A stretch of 64,000 nt of DNA from a virus, in IMG/VR virus record IMGVR_UViG_3300045996_000876, positions 4,869 through 68,868 of that record; one strand, 5' to 3'. The notes under the pieces were generated by a model. It saw nothing but the letters and a program-made list of their open reading frames with translations. It was not told where the DNA came from and made no database searches. This document shows, in pieces, positions 9,444 to 18,217 of this stretch. Each line of letters starts with the position of its first letter. Position 1 is the stretch's first letter. Both the position numbers and the translations under genes were made by a program.

Positions 9444-9700
9444 AAATCCGTGGATGGAAGTATCGCAAGTCTCACAGCGTAGTTCTCTCCGTGGACAACG
9501 GCTCGTTGATCGGGTTCTGTCTACAGCCTGAGCGGGACTTACATCTATTACACCCGGGTTGGACTCCGGAAAGAATGGACGTCCACGAGCACTTAGAAAA
9601 GATGACTGAGGAGGAGGTAAGCAAAGCGTTAGAAGTCTTACAACGGCTCAACCAAAAGATGGTTCGTGAGCTAATTTCTAGAGGAGACACTGATGGATAA
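9440..9700 (+). CDS. hypothetical protein
   Basis: Overlapping start/stop with both neighbours. Confidence 0.55.
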   Translation: MKIRGWKYRKSHSVVLSVDNGSLIGFCLQPERDLHLLHPGWTPERMDVHEHLEKMTEEEVSKALEVLQRLNQKMVRELISRGDTDG

Positions 9701-11099
9701 ATCCCTCTCAGCAGACGAGCTACTGGAGCTCACCGACCCGTACGCGTACCACATGCGTTCGGAGGCGCACGAGAACAAGATACCCGTCCAGATCGACCCG
9801 GAGACGGGCTGGCGGTATACGTTCCGCGATATCGGGATGACCCGGAACGCGGCGCAGGAGAACACCAAGGAGATGAAAGTCTACTTGGACCCGCTGCCCC
9901 ACGTCGTGCTGGACCAGAACGTACCGCTGCGTGGCTGGTATAAGTCGAAGGTGGAAAAACCGGGAGTGCGGGAACGTCCGTGCTACACGGAAGCGATCCT
10001 GACGCAGCCTTATGGCGGCTTCTGTCATGTGGGCTGCGGCTTCTGCTACATCAACAACGGCGTGCGCGGTTATCGCGGGCAGGGTATCTCTACCGTTGAC
10101 CCGTTCTACGGTCAGAAAGCGCGTCGCCAGATTGAGAAGATGCGGATGGGTGCGGCCGTCTATATGAGCTCCTTCATCGACCCGTTCATGGAGTTGGAAG
10201 AGCACTACCACAACACCCAGAACACCGCCCAGGCAGCCGTGGATCACGGGCTGCCCATCTTCTTCCTGACCCGCAAGATCGTACCGGGCTGGGCGTACGA
10301 TCTGCTCAAGGCTTCTCCGTACTCTTACCAGCAATTCTCGATCAACACCTGTAACCCCGACGATTGGAAGCGGCTCTCTCCACGTGCCGCGACTCTCCCG
10401 GAGATGATTGAGCAGGTACGGGAGATGAAGCGTCACGGCATCTATGTCTCCATCCAGGTCAACCCGATTGTTGCCGGGATAGTCTCCAACGACGACATCG
10501 TGGAGTTGATCCATATGCTCGCCCAGGCGGGAGCGGATCACCTGATCTTTAAGTTTGTGGAGATTGTCTACCCGTCGGTTCCCGGGATGGTTGCCCAGAT
10601 GAAAGCTCGCTTCGGAGACGAGCGTGGGAGCAAGTTCGAAGCTCTCTTCTGTGACAACATCGGCGGCGTCAAGACCATCGCGGAGAGCTACCGCAAGGAT
10701 GCTCTGGACCGCTTCGTCAAGGAGACGAAGAAGGCGGGCGTGACGATGGGTGTCTGCTATGAGTACGAATATGAGCGGGACAGCCAAGGGAATATTCTCA
10801 ACTCCACCGGCAAGACGATGGGTGCGAAGTATCTCACGGCTGATCAGTGCCATGGTCACCGTGTTCCGATGCATTTCCGGGAGTCGCTGGAGACGCAGTT
10901 CACACCGTTCGAAGAATGCCCGCCAAGTGGTTGTCTTACTTGCGGCGACCAACACGGCGGAGATAACAAGGTGCCTTGCGGGAATACTTCTCTTGGGCGA
11001 GCATCCGCTATGCTGCCTGGTGATTACAACGTCCAGTACCAGACCCTCACCATTGGTGGCCGCTCCGCCGCAGTCGGTTCCGTTCCCGCTCCTGAGTGA
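9693..11099 (+). CDS. radical SAM enzyme (candidate isomerase of the hypermodification pathway)
   Basis: PYGGFCHVGCGFCY CX3CX2C motif; extra C-terminal Cys cluster; gene context. Confidence 0.88.
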   Translation: MDKSLSADELLELTDPYAYHMRSEAHENKIPVQIDPETGWRYTFRDIGMTRNAAQENTKEMKVYLDPLPHVVLDQNVPLRGWYKSKVEKPGVRERPCYTEAILTQPYGGFCHVGCGFCYINNGVRGYRGQGISTVDPFYGQKARRQIEKMRMGAAVYMSSFIDPFMELEEHYHNTQNTAQAAVDHGLPIFFLTRKIVPGWAYDLLKASPYSYQQFSINTCNPDDWKRLSPRAATLPEMIEQVREMKRHGIYVSIQVNPIVAGIVSNDDIVELIHMLAQAGADHLIFKFVEIVYPSVPGMVAQMKARFGDERGSKFEALFCDNIGGVKTIAESYRKDALDRFVKETKKAGVTMGVCYEYEYERDSQGNILNSTGKTMGAKYLTADQCHGHRVPMHFRESLETQFTPFEECPPSGCLTCGDQHGGDNKVPCGNTSLGRASAMLPGDYNVQYQTLTIGGRSAAVGSVPAPE

Positions 11100-11406
11100 G
11101 ATCATTATGACGATACGTCCGACACTCGCTGTGAAGATGAAACGCGGGAAAGGTCGCCAGACGCGATATTACGGCAGGGTATACCCGGTGGTCCTGTCGA
11201 GCACAACCTGCCCACCAGTCCCTAAACTCGTGCGCACGCTCTGCTCTTGCTGGACCAAGACTTTTCCTCCTATTCTCCCGGCTCCGAACGATGGCGTGAA
11301 GGCGCGGTGTCGCGGTCCGCCCGGTTCTCCTCCCTTGTCTTGAACTCGTTGGTTAGCGGCGGGCAGCTTGGCTGTAGGTTCAAACCACCCGCCGCGCTTA
11401 ACAACT

Positions 11407-11955
11407 ATGACAAATGAACTCTTTGAACAATACCTCGTCTCCAAGCGAGGGTATGCGTGGGCTATTGCCCGCAACTACTTCGCGGATGAGAGCACCCGCC
11501 AAGATGCCGTCCAAGAGGCGAGTCTTGCGGCGTGGCGGAGTCGCGAGCAGTTCAACGGGAGCGAAGCAGCGTTCAAAGCCTGGTTCGGGCGGATCACCGT
11601 CAATACGTGCCTGCTTATACTCCGCCCGCGCAAGAACGGAGAGCACCGGTGGAGTAGCTTCCCGACCACCATGGGTGGAGCGATCTATGAGCTCACCCAG
11701 CTGATCGAGGACACCACAGACACCCCACTACCCGGCAGGGCCCAGCAAGCTATCAGTTCCCTCCGCCCGGAGGACAGAGACCTCTTGCTGGACGTATACG
11801 GGCTGGAGATACCAAGAGACGTTCTGGCAGAGCGGATGAAGCTGAACCGCTTGGCTCTCCAGACAAGGATTATCAAAGCAGTTCAGCGTTTTAGGAGATT
11901 GTATGGCCAAGACCAAGGACAAGCGATTCCGGATGATCCCGGTAGGGATGATTGA
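11407..11955 (+). CDS. ECF-type sigma-70 factor
   Basis: Region 2 QDAVQEASLAAWR...FKAWFGRITVN; region 4 ISSLRPEDRDLL...LAERMKL. Confidence 0.8.
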   Translation: MTNELFEQYLVSKRGYAWAIARNYFADESTRQDAVQEASLAAWRSREQFNGSEAAFKAWFGRITVNTCLLILRPRKNGEHRWSSFPTTMGGAIYELTQLIEDTTDTPLPGRAQQAISSLRPEDRDLLLDVYGLEIPRDVLAERMKLNRLALQTRIIKAVQRFRRLYGQDQGQAIPDDPGRDD

Positions 11956-12262
11956 CCGCGACTTCATGGCCCTGACCCCGGGAGTCTTCACTCAGACCTT
12001 CAAGCCCGACGTTCAGGAGGGAGATATCGCGGTGTTCGTCTGCGGTGCGGACGAGACCGTGGTGGCCCTGGGCGTCGTCCGGGAGATTGAAGACGGCAAC
12101 GGGAACAAGCGTGGCCTGACCGGCAAAGACGCGGAGCGGTTCAAGGTCCACTTTGACCCCGTGACCCGGATGGAGTTTGGACCGGTTCCGCACCCCGTAC
12201 CCACGCCGGAGCGGGTACCGGAGCGGCGGGTACACCGGGTTGGCTCGCGGCGCAAATCCTAG
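11903..12262 (+). CDS. hypothetical protein
   Basis: AGGAG RBS; host-like codon usage. Confidence 0.6.
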   Translation: MAKTKDKRFRMIPVGMIDRDFMALTPGVFTQTFKPDVQEGDIAVFVCGADETVVALGVVREIEDGNGNKRGLTGKDAERFKVHFDPVTRMEFGPVPHPVPTPERVPERRVHRVGSRRKS

Positions 12263-12349
12263 CACTCTAGGCGTGGCCGGAGGAGCGAAGCTGGCCCGAT
12301 ATCCAGCCGCTCTCCCGCCCGTCGCAGGGAAGGGCAGCGAGGTGAACCG

Positions 12350-12616
12350 ATGATATTGAAGATTCTCGATATATCGCCCGGCTCCGACGTTCGGAGAGCG
12401 ATTGATGCGATATGGGACAACGACGTGGATGTGGTGTACGGGCGTCCGAACCTTTTCATGGTCAACGGGGAGTTATACCGTGACTGGGAAGAGGCAGTAG
12501 GAGGTCGGGTGTTGATCCCGAAGGGCCATAACCACGACGTGCTCTACAAACACGTGGTCGCTACCGTCGGCAAAGAAGGTAGCGAATACAAGACAGTGAA
12601 GGTCACGAAGCTATGA
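12350..12616 (+). CDS. hypothetical protein
   Basis: GAGGT RBS; overlaps the next gene. Confidence 0.55.
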   Translation: MILKILDISPGSDVRRAIDAIWDNDVDVVYGRPNLFMVNGELYRDWEEAVGGRVLIPKGHNHDVLYKHVVATVGKEGSEYKTVKVTKL

Positions 12617-13071
12617 GCATCTATAAGACAATGTACATCGCCGCGAGCTTTCCCAAGAAGGCGGAGATGAGGGTACTGCGCAACCAGATCCATGCGCATA
12701 CTCCCGTCCAGGTCAAAGCAAATTGGCTCGATGGAGCCCACGACGGCTACGGCAACAAGCCGGAGTATGCGGTGGACGATGCGAACCAAGTGCTAGCGGC
12801 GGATATCGTCCTGATCTGTACGGGTGATACGATGACGCGCGGAGGTCGTCATACGGAGTTGGGCATCGCGATTGCCTACAACATGATGATCCACGCGATG
12901 AACGCAGACCCGGAGGTTGGCGACAAGCTCCCGAAGAAGCTGATTATTCTGTACAACCCCGCTGCGGCTAGTCGGGATGGGTGTAACGAGCAGGTGTTCC
13001 ACTCCCACCCGGAGGTCGGTCTGCGGGTCAACAGCAAAGACGCGTTGATGTCGTTTCTCTCCTCGTGCTAA
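12613..13071 (+). CDS. nucleoside 2-deoxyribosyltransferase / nucleotide N-hydrolase family protein
   Basis: YIAASF...D...ADIV...GGRHTELGIA (catalytic Glu pattern). Confidence 0.7.
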   Translation: MSIYKTMYIAASFPKKAEMRVLRNQIHAHTPVQVKANWLDGAHDGYGNKPEYAVDDANQVLAADIVLICTGDTMTRGGRHTELGIAIAYNMMIHAMNADPEVGDKLPKKLIILYNPAAASRDGCNEQVFHSHPEVGLRVNSKDALMSFLSSC

Positions 13072-13081
13072 CGGAGTAGGC

Positions 13082-13342
13082 GTGATCATCTACGATTACC
13101 CGGAAGCGTATGAAGTCGAAGCAGTCTTAGTCACTCCAACGGGCGGGGAGCTTCGGTATGCTGTCTCTCCGTATGGAGAGCGGTTAGTGGTTCTCTGGTG
13201 CGAGGTATTTACCTATGAAGTCAGTCAGTATTATTACGGGCAACGAATCGAAGCTGCTTGGGAATGCTCCACTGCTTACGATACGGGACTTCCCGGGCTA
13301 TGTTATCGTGTCGTACGGCGACCTAGGCAACCTGGGGTGTAA
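13082..13342 (+). CDS. hypothetical protein
   Basis: GGAG RBS; fits the operon. Confidence 0.45.
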   Translation: MIIYDYPEAYEVEAVLVTPTGGELRYAVSPYGERLVVLWCEVFTYEVSQYYYGQRIEAAWECSTAYDTGLPGLCYRVVRRPRQPGV

Positions 13343-13692
13343 CTGCGTATGGCGTACGCGGATGGACTTACCTCCGGAAGAGATTGAGGCACGGGCTAGT
13401 GCGGATCACGAGAACCGCGTTGAAGCTTCCGCATCTGACTTCCGTAGCTGCCCACGCTGCTTCGGACGCGGTACCCTAACTGGCTCGCTCCGCAAGTGTA
13501 CCCTCTGCGATGGCCGTGGACGCGTATGACACTCCACGTCTACCGTATTGGCTCGGGCGAGGTACTCACCAGCGACGGTTGGCTGGTGGTCCTAACAGGC
13601 CGAGTCTTGCTGGCCAAGCGACCGCACGGAGCGAGTGACTGCGCGCGGTTCTTGGCTGGGCAACAGATCGAAGCTGAGAGAGGGAAGCCCGC

Positions 13693-14031
13693 ATGGGTGT
13701 TAGTCTGTCGGTTCAAACGAAGGTACTGGAAGCGGCCCAAGAGCTAGATGAGCTCGTGCGACGGCTCGGGACTGCCTCCAATGCCCAGCAAGACGTATTG
13801 GCTTGCGATAGTGACTATCAACTGGGCCTGCTCCACGCTCTGCTACGGGAGCAGATGAACAGAGTTGTGAGCCGTCTCCCTGTGTACTCCGTGATTATGA
13901 ACCGTCGGGAGATTCGCCTGTCTCGCGGGATAGACGCGGGCCATGCGGTTGAAATGTTCCTGAAGATCGCGACGTATAAGAACCTGGGTGCGAGACACGT
14001 GATGTGCTGTGAGCACTGGAGAATACAATGA
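13693..14031 (+). CDS. hypothetical protein
   Basis: Overlaps the next gene (ATGA). Confidence 0.45.
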   Translation: MGVSLSVQTKVLEAAQELDELVRRLGTASNAQQDVLACDSDYQLGLLHALLREQMNRVVSRLPVYSVIMNRREIRLSRGIDAGHAVEMFLKIATYKNLGARHVMCCEHWRIQ

Positions 14032-14453
14032 GCCGAAGAGAATCTTACCATGCGGCAGTTTGTGCTTGGCTGTATCAGTACGCGGGCCACCCGCACGCCA
14101 AGCCCGTGCCGACCATGTTTGGGTTAGATACCCGGGAAGCGGAGAACATTGAACTCTACGGTGCTGTCATAAAATCGCTCCCCGACCGTTTACGTCCGAC
14201 ACCGAACGTGTTACGATTCTGGGAGAGCTACCGGGTTGCACAGTGCAAGATAATCCCGACGGCTCCGCTCTCGGATCTGTACCGCACGGCGTTGCTGGGA
14301 GCGAACCTGACGTGCCCCTGCCCCATTACGCTCCGAACAGTAAACAACGAAGATATTATGGCCCTGTCGAAGCGGACCGGGCTCAGTCTCCACGATCTGC
14401 TGGCGGCTCGCTCTGAGTGCCAGGTCTGTATGAGGGTACACAAATGTCGCTGA
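14028..14453 (+). CDS. hypothetical protein
   Basis: GGAG RBS; coupled to both neighbours. Confidence 0.55.
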   Translation: MSRRESYHAAVCAWLYQYAGHPHAKPVPTMFGLDTREAENIELYGAVIKSLPDRLRPTPNVLRFWESYRVAQCKIIPTAPLSDLYRTALLGANLTCPCPITLRTVNNEDIMALSKRTGLSLHDLLAARSECQVCMRVHKCR

Positions 14454-14938
14454 ACGATATCCCGGACATAACGTACCCGGACGCGATTGACGCATTGGGC
14501 CTGAAAGGAAAGGCACTCACCCCGGAGTCGGTCAAGACCGCATACCGGATCAGGGCGCAGGAGACGCACCCCGACAAACCCGGAGGGTCTGCGGAGAAGT
14601 TCCAGCGCGTCAAGGATGCGTATGAGCTCCTGAAAGACGTCAGCCCCACGGGGAGGTTCGGCGACAAGTATTCCGCAGATGTGGACTGGTCGAATATGTT
14701 CGCAGGCTTTGAGGGACTGTTTGGCGGGCGCAAGCCATCGGCATCGTCGCTAACGGAAGTCCAGAAGGCGGAGAACCGTGGCGTGGATATCGCGTTGGAG
14801 TACCTGAGGCGGGTTGCGTCGCCCAGCAATACGGAGCTCATCCGGCTCGTGTCGGAGTATGGGAACGGGAAGGGGTTGAAGACCTCCCAGCTGCTGGAAG
14901 CACTGATTATTGAGATCACTAACCGGAAACACAAATGA
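14444..14938 (+). CDS. J-domain (DnaJ-like) protein
   Basis: ALGL...VKTAYR..AQETHPDKPGGSAEKFQRVKDAYELL with intact HPD. Confidence 0.85.
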   Translation: MSLNDIPDITYPDAIDALGLKGKALTPESVKTAYRIRAQETHPDKPGGSAEKFQRVKDAYELLKDVSPTGRFGDKYSADVDWSNMFAGFEGLFGGRKPSASSLTEVQKAENRGVDIALEYLRRVASPSNTELIRLVSEYGNGKGLKTSQLLEALIIEITNRKHK

Positions 14939-15342
14939 AGAAGCCAGAAGGTATCTTCCAAGAACACTGTATCAACGCGTTCGAACGGTTAGGCGCGAAG
15001 GTGTTCAACGTCCACGGCCACTCAATGCAGGCGAGCGGCTGGCCTGATCTACAAGTGTACCACCCGCGATGGACGGGTCACTTGGAGCTCAAGGTCGATA
15101 AGAACACGTGTAGTACGCTCCAGAAGCTAACGCTGCGAGACCTGCGCCATGTCGGCACCAAGGCTTTCGTACTGAGGCTGGAGCCGGATAAGTCCGTACG
15201 GGCGGAGCTTGAGGACTGTACGCTGTTAGCGACCCTGCCCGCGAGCGTATGGTTGAAAGACGGGATGGAGCGGACGCTGGCGTTGTTTGATCTGATCGAA
15301 GTTGCGAGCGGCGAACTGAGAGACCTGGCGGTGACAAAATGA
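14935..15342 (+). CDS. VRR-NUC-like PD-(D/E)xK nuclease / resolvase
   Basis: E..FQ, GWPDL, LELK, LQ motifs. Confidence 0.75.
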   Translation: MKKPEGIFQEHCINAFERLGAKVFNVHGHSMQASGWPDLQVYHPRWTGHLELKVDKNTCSTLQKLTLRDLRHVGTKAFVLRLEPDKSVRAELEDCTLLATLPASVWLKDGMERTLALFDLIEVASGELRDLAVTK

Positions 15343-15617
15343 TTGACTTGAAGCTAGCTCGGGTAGGCTTCCACGTGTTCTACCAGACGCGTCATGTAAG
15401 CTCTCCGGAGTACGGCGTGATCACGCGGATAGTTGAAGATAAGGCTTGCGCCTTCGTAGACTACCACGACGGCGGACCGCCCAAGCTCACGTATGTGAAA
15501 GACCTTCACTGGCCTCCCTACTATTGTGCGATGAATGGCGGCGTTCCGGCAGGCCAGCCGTACTCCTCTGCGGAGGAGCTTATCGTGGCGGGGTTGAAAG
15601 GTACGGGTGTGAGATGA
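15339..15617 (+). CDS. hypothetical protein
   Basis: Translationally coupled ORF. Confidence 0.5.
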   Translation: MIDLKLARVGFHVFYQTRHVSSPEYGVITRIVEDKACAFVDYHDGGPPKLTYVKDLHWPPYYCAMNGGVPAGQPYSSAEELIVAGLKGTGVR

Positions 15618-16234
15618 ATATGCTATTCGTAGTCACTGGGCTCTCCCGCTCTGGCTCGTCCCTGATGATGCGCTTGCTGGAGGCGGGCGGTATACCCGTG
15701 GTGCGGGATGACCCCGACCTAGTGGATGAGGCGAATCCCCACGGCTACTATGAGTACAAGCCGATCAATGTTCCCAGTAAGACCGCTAACGTGGCGAGGG
15801 AGATACTGCGTGCGCATCGGTTTGCGGCGGTGAAGCTGCTCGCGCCGCGGGTGAATATACTCCCTCCGGGGCTGGGTGAGTACCGGTTCATCTGGATGCG
15901 GCGCAACCCGCATGCGATTATGCTGTCCAAGGAGAAGGCTGTAAAGCTCTGGGCGGAGAAGCGGTACGTTGAGACGGGTGTATGGGACCATATGCCTGTG
16001 AACCGGTCGTACCAAGAGCTAAGTGAGCTGGGGTATAGCTCGCTGGCCCAGGTCATGGACATCCATACCCGCTCCCGGTTCAGCAAGATTGCCCTGGTCA
16101 ACTATGAAGACTTGGTATCGACTCCTCACCGTGTGCTGGCGGACCTGACGGGTACCCTGAGCCTGAACTGGACGCTGGACAGGATCAACTATCTTGCGAA
16201 GCTGGTGGACCCAAGCTTGAATAGGAATGGGTGA
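15614..16234 (+). CDS. sulfotransferase-family protein
   Basis: GLSRSGSSLM 5'-PSB loop; RRNP....S 3'-PB motif; YEDLV..P. Confidence 0.75.
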   Translation: MNMLFVVTGLSRSGSSLMMRLLEAGGIPVVRDDPDLVDEANPHGYYEYKPINVPSKTANVAREILRAHRFAAVKLLAPRVNILPPGLGEYRFIWMRRNPHAIMLSKEKAVKLWAEKRYVETGVWDHMPVNRSYQELSELGYSSLAQVMDIHTRSRFSKIALVNYEDLVSTPHRVLADLTGTLSLNWTLDRINYLAKLVDPSLNRNG

Positions 16235-16524
16235 TGAACGTACTCACAGTCACGATGATCGGGACGCTGGGCCAGACCAAGATATGGCGACGGACGGACT
16301 CTATGGGAGAACGGATGCTGTGTGTCCAGTTCCTTCCGTTGGGAGCTATGGAGTGGTCCAAGGCTCAAGAGGCGAACTGCCGTGAGCTCTCCGGGCGGAT
16401 AGGGGAGGTCATGGGAAAGATTCTGACCCGCTTGGAGGGGGAGAATGTGGGTAGGGCGGTGCCCATCCCGACCCAGCAAGCCTTGCTTAGATTCTTGGCG
16501 ACGTTGGTTGAAGGCGGGTTATAA
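16231..16524 (+). CDS. hypothetical protein
   Basis: Coupled ORF ending at repeat element 1. Confidence 0.5.
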   Translation: MMNVLTVTMIGTLGQTKIWRRTDSMGERMLCVQFLPLGAMEWSKAQEANCRELSGRIGEVMGKILTRLEGENVGRAVPIPTQQALLRFLATLVEGGL

Positions 16525-16752
16525 CTGGGTGGTTAGGTAGGCGATCCCGGAGCTATCACTTGTCGAAAAGGTGCTCTCTCTTTCTTAAAATCTCTCCCTC
16601 GCGTACGTATAGAAACTCTCTCTTTAGCTGATCTTATTTAGATAGATAGATAGATAGATATAGAGAGAATGAGTAGGTTAGTGAGAATATTATAGAGCAC
16701 CTTTTCGTCATGTGATAGCTCCGGGAATGCTTAGTTAAATAGTGGTTATATA
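16516..16752. repeat. palindromic element copy 1: 32-bp inverted arms around an AT-rich (TAGA)5 core
   Basis: Arms 16546-16577 and 16694-16725 (2 mismatches); (TAGA)5 at 16639-16658; homologous to 48831-49068. Confidence 0.92.
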
Positions 16753-16762
16753 GGAGACTCAA

Positions 16763-17440
16763 ATGCGACGCACCAAGGTCGGTCAGAAGTTCGCGGACGC
16801 CAAGGCTGTGCTGGAAGGAGTCCAGGATGCTGAGGCCAAAGCCAAGCGGGAGCGGGAACGGAAGGCAGATTGGGATGACGCCGATGACATGGCGTTGTAC
16901 AAGAACAGCGTGGCGGCAGAAGCTCGGGACCGCTTGCTGAACAAGCTCGTTGGGCGGCTGCGGGTATGCCCCGTATGTAAGGAGGTCCGACCGGAGCGGC
17001 GGTCATGGCTCGTGAACCGATTGGCGACCAAGGCGATCTGCCGGGCGTGCTTTGACTCTATTAAGCGTGCGCCAGCCAGACAGGAAGCCTTGCTGGAGAA
17101 GCTGAGGGCTATTGCTGGTGCTTCACCGGTGGTGAGCCCGCCTATGTTTGAGCTGGTGAGCCGGTTCGTTGTGAAGGGGAGCGTGGTGAGCGATGTAAGA
17201 AGGCGGCTTGGCCTCAACCAGAGCCAGCTGGCGAGGATGATGGGGTGGTCGAATGTCTACCAGAAGTACATCGAAGAAGGGAGGGTGAAGACTGTCTCCA
17301 GGGAGGTCGCTACCAAGATGGGGATAGTTTTCTTTGAGCTTGGCGTGTTGTTCGAACGGTCGAATGGTGGTGATGGAGGGTTGATCGCTTCGATTCTCGC
17401 GGAACGGATTGAGATGCGTCAATCTGAGGTCAAAGAATAA
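16763..17440 (+). CDS. Zn-ribbon plus Xre-type HTH DNA-binding protein
   Basis: CPVC...CRAC; VRRRLGLNQSQLARMMGWS..YIEEG. Confidence 0.75.
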   Translation: MRRTKVGQKFADAKAVLEGVQDAEAKAKRERERKADWDDADDMALYKNSVAAEARDRLLNKLVGRLRVCPVCKEVRPERRSWLVNRLATKAICRACFDSIKRAPARQEALLEKLRAIAGASPVVSPPMFELVSRFVVKGSVVSDVRRRLGLNQSQLARMMGWSNVYQKYIEEGRVKTVSREVATKMGIVFFELGVLFERSNGGDGGLIASILAERIEMRQSEVKE

Positions 17441-17468
17441 CTGGGAAACGATGGGTAGAAAATTCCGC

Positions 17469-17497
17469 TTGACTTGACGGTTGAGTAGAGCTAAGCT
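17469..17497 (+). promoter_or_regulatory. sigma70-type promoter for the packaging/structural operon
   Basis: TTGACT-17 nt-TAAGCT. Confidence 0.65.
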
Positions 17498-17525
17498 TTC
17501 CTGGCGAAGCTGCTACCACGACACT

Positions 17526-17567
17526 AAGCTCCCGCTGCTGAGACTGAGGCAGTTGGGAGCTTTTGTT
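17526..17567 (+). terminator. promoter-proximal intrinsic terminator / attenuator
   Basis: AAGCTCCC..GCTGC/GCAGT..GGGAGCTT followed by TTGTT. Confidence 0.65.
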
Positions 17568-17614
17568 ATGTATGGACTGAACTATAGTTTGAGCTGTACC
17601 TGAGGTCACCAGAT

Positions 17615-18184
17615 GTGCCTGACAAACATGACCCACTGACCGGAAAGTTCACGACGGCTGTTGACCCCACGGATGGTCAGGCAGGGTCCACTCCATTCCT
17701 CGCATCAGCCTTACAAGAGGCGGAGAAGGTGATGGAGGAAACGCAGGAGCTAATTGCCCCAACTCCGCTGTCACCAGTAATCAATACCGCCACTGGGACC
17801 ATCACCGAGCGAGGCAACAACGGTCGGTTCCTTCCCGGCTCCAAGCCATTACCCACAGCAATCCTAGCGTCCAAGAAGGCAGCCAAACACCGAGCAGTCT
17901 TGCTGGCCTCCGTCACGGCGGAGGATGTCCAAGAGGTAACACTGGCGCTGATCCAGAAGGCTAAGTCAGGCCACCTACCCGCCATTGTGGAGTTCTTCAA
18001 CCGGACCGTCGGGAAGCCTTTGGAGGCAGACGTACTGGAACGGCTCTCCCTCCTGGAAGCTACGGTGAGGGCGGCTGCCAATGGACAAGAAGCAGGAGCG
18101 GGAGAGCAAACAACGGGAACTGGAGTGGAAGCGCTACCGTCAGGCGAAGGTCAAGTGGCGGCAAACGGTGAAACACGCGCGTAA
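17615..18184 (+). CDS. probable terminase small subunit
   Basis: RGNNGRFLPG motif; AKSGHLPAI...RTVGKP; position upstream of TerL. Confidence 0.6.
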   Translation: MPDKHDPLTGKFTTAVDPTDGQAGSTPFLASALQEAEKVMEETQELIAPTPLSPVINTATGTITERGNNGRFLPGSKPLPTAILASKKAAKHRAVLLASVTAEDVQEVTLALIQKAKSGHLPAIVEFFNRTVGKPLEADVLERLSLLEATVRAAANGQEAGAGEQTTGTGVEALPSGEGQVAANGETRA

Positions 18185-18217
18185 GTATCGAAAGACCCGA
18201 CGTTCTGTGAGGTTCTG

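Noticed and set aside
9720-11105. 461-aa minus-strand ORF (also 5278-6579, 28452-29486, 36435-37646, 52300-53334, 59921-61144, 61291-62862)
   Set aside because: Antisense shadows of well-supported + strand genes in GC-rich DNA; no motifs or RBS
10750-11343. 197-aa alternative-frame ORF overlapping the radical SAM gene
   Set aside because: Out-of-frame overlap with no protein features; its distal part is better explained as structured RNA
16639-16658. (TAGA)5 as eukaryotic microsatellite contamination or slippage
   Set aside because: Same copy number and flanks in two elements embedded among phage genes; treated as part of a functional element
16516-16752. MITE/IS or CRISPR interpretation of the palindromic elements
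   Set aside because: No transposase, no evident target-site duplication, no repeat-spacer array or cas genes
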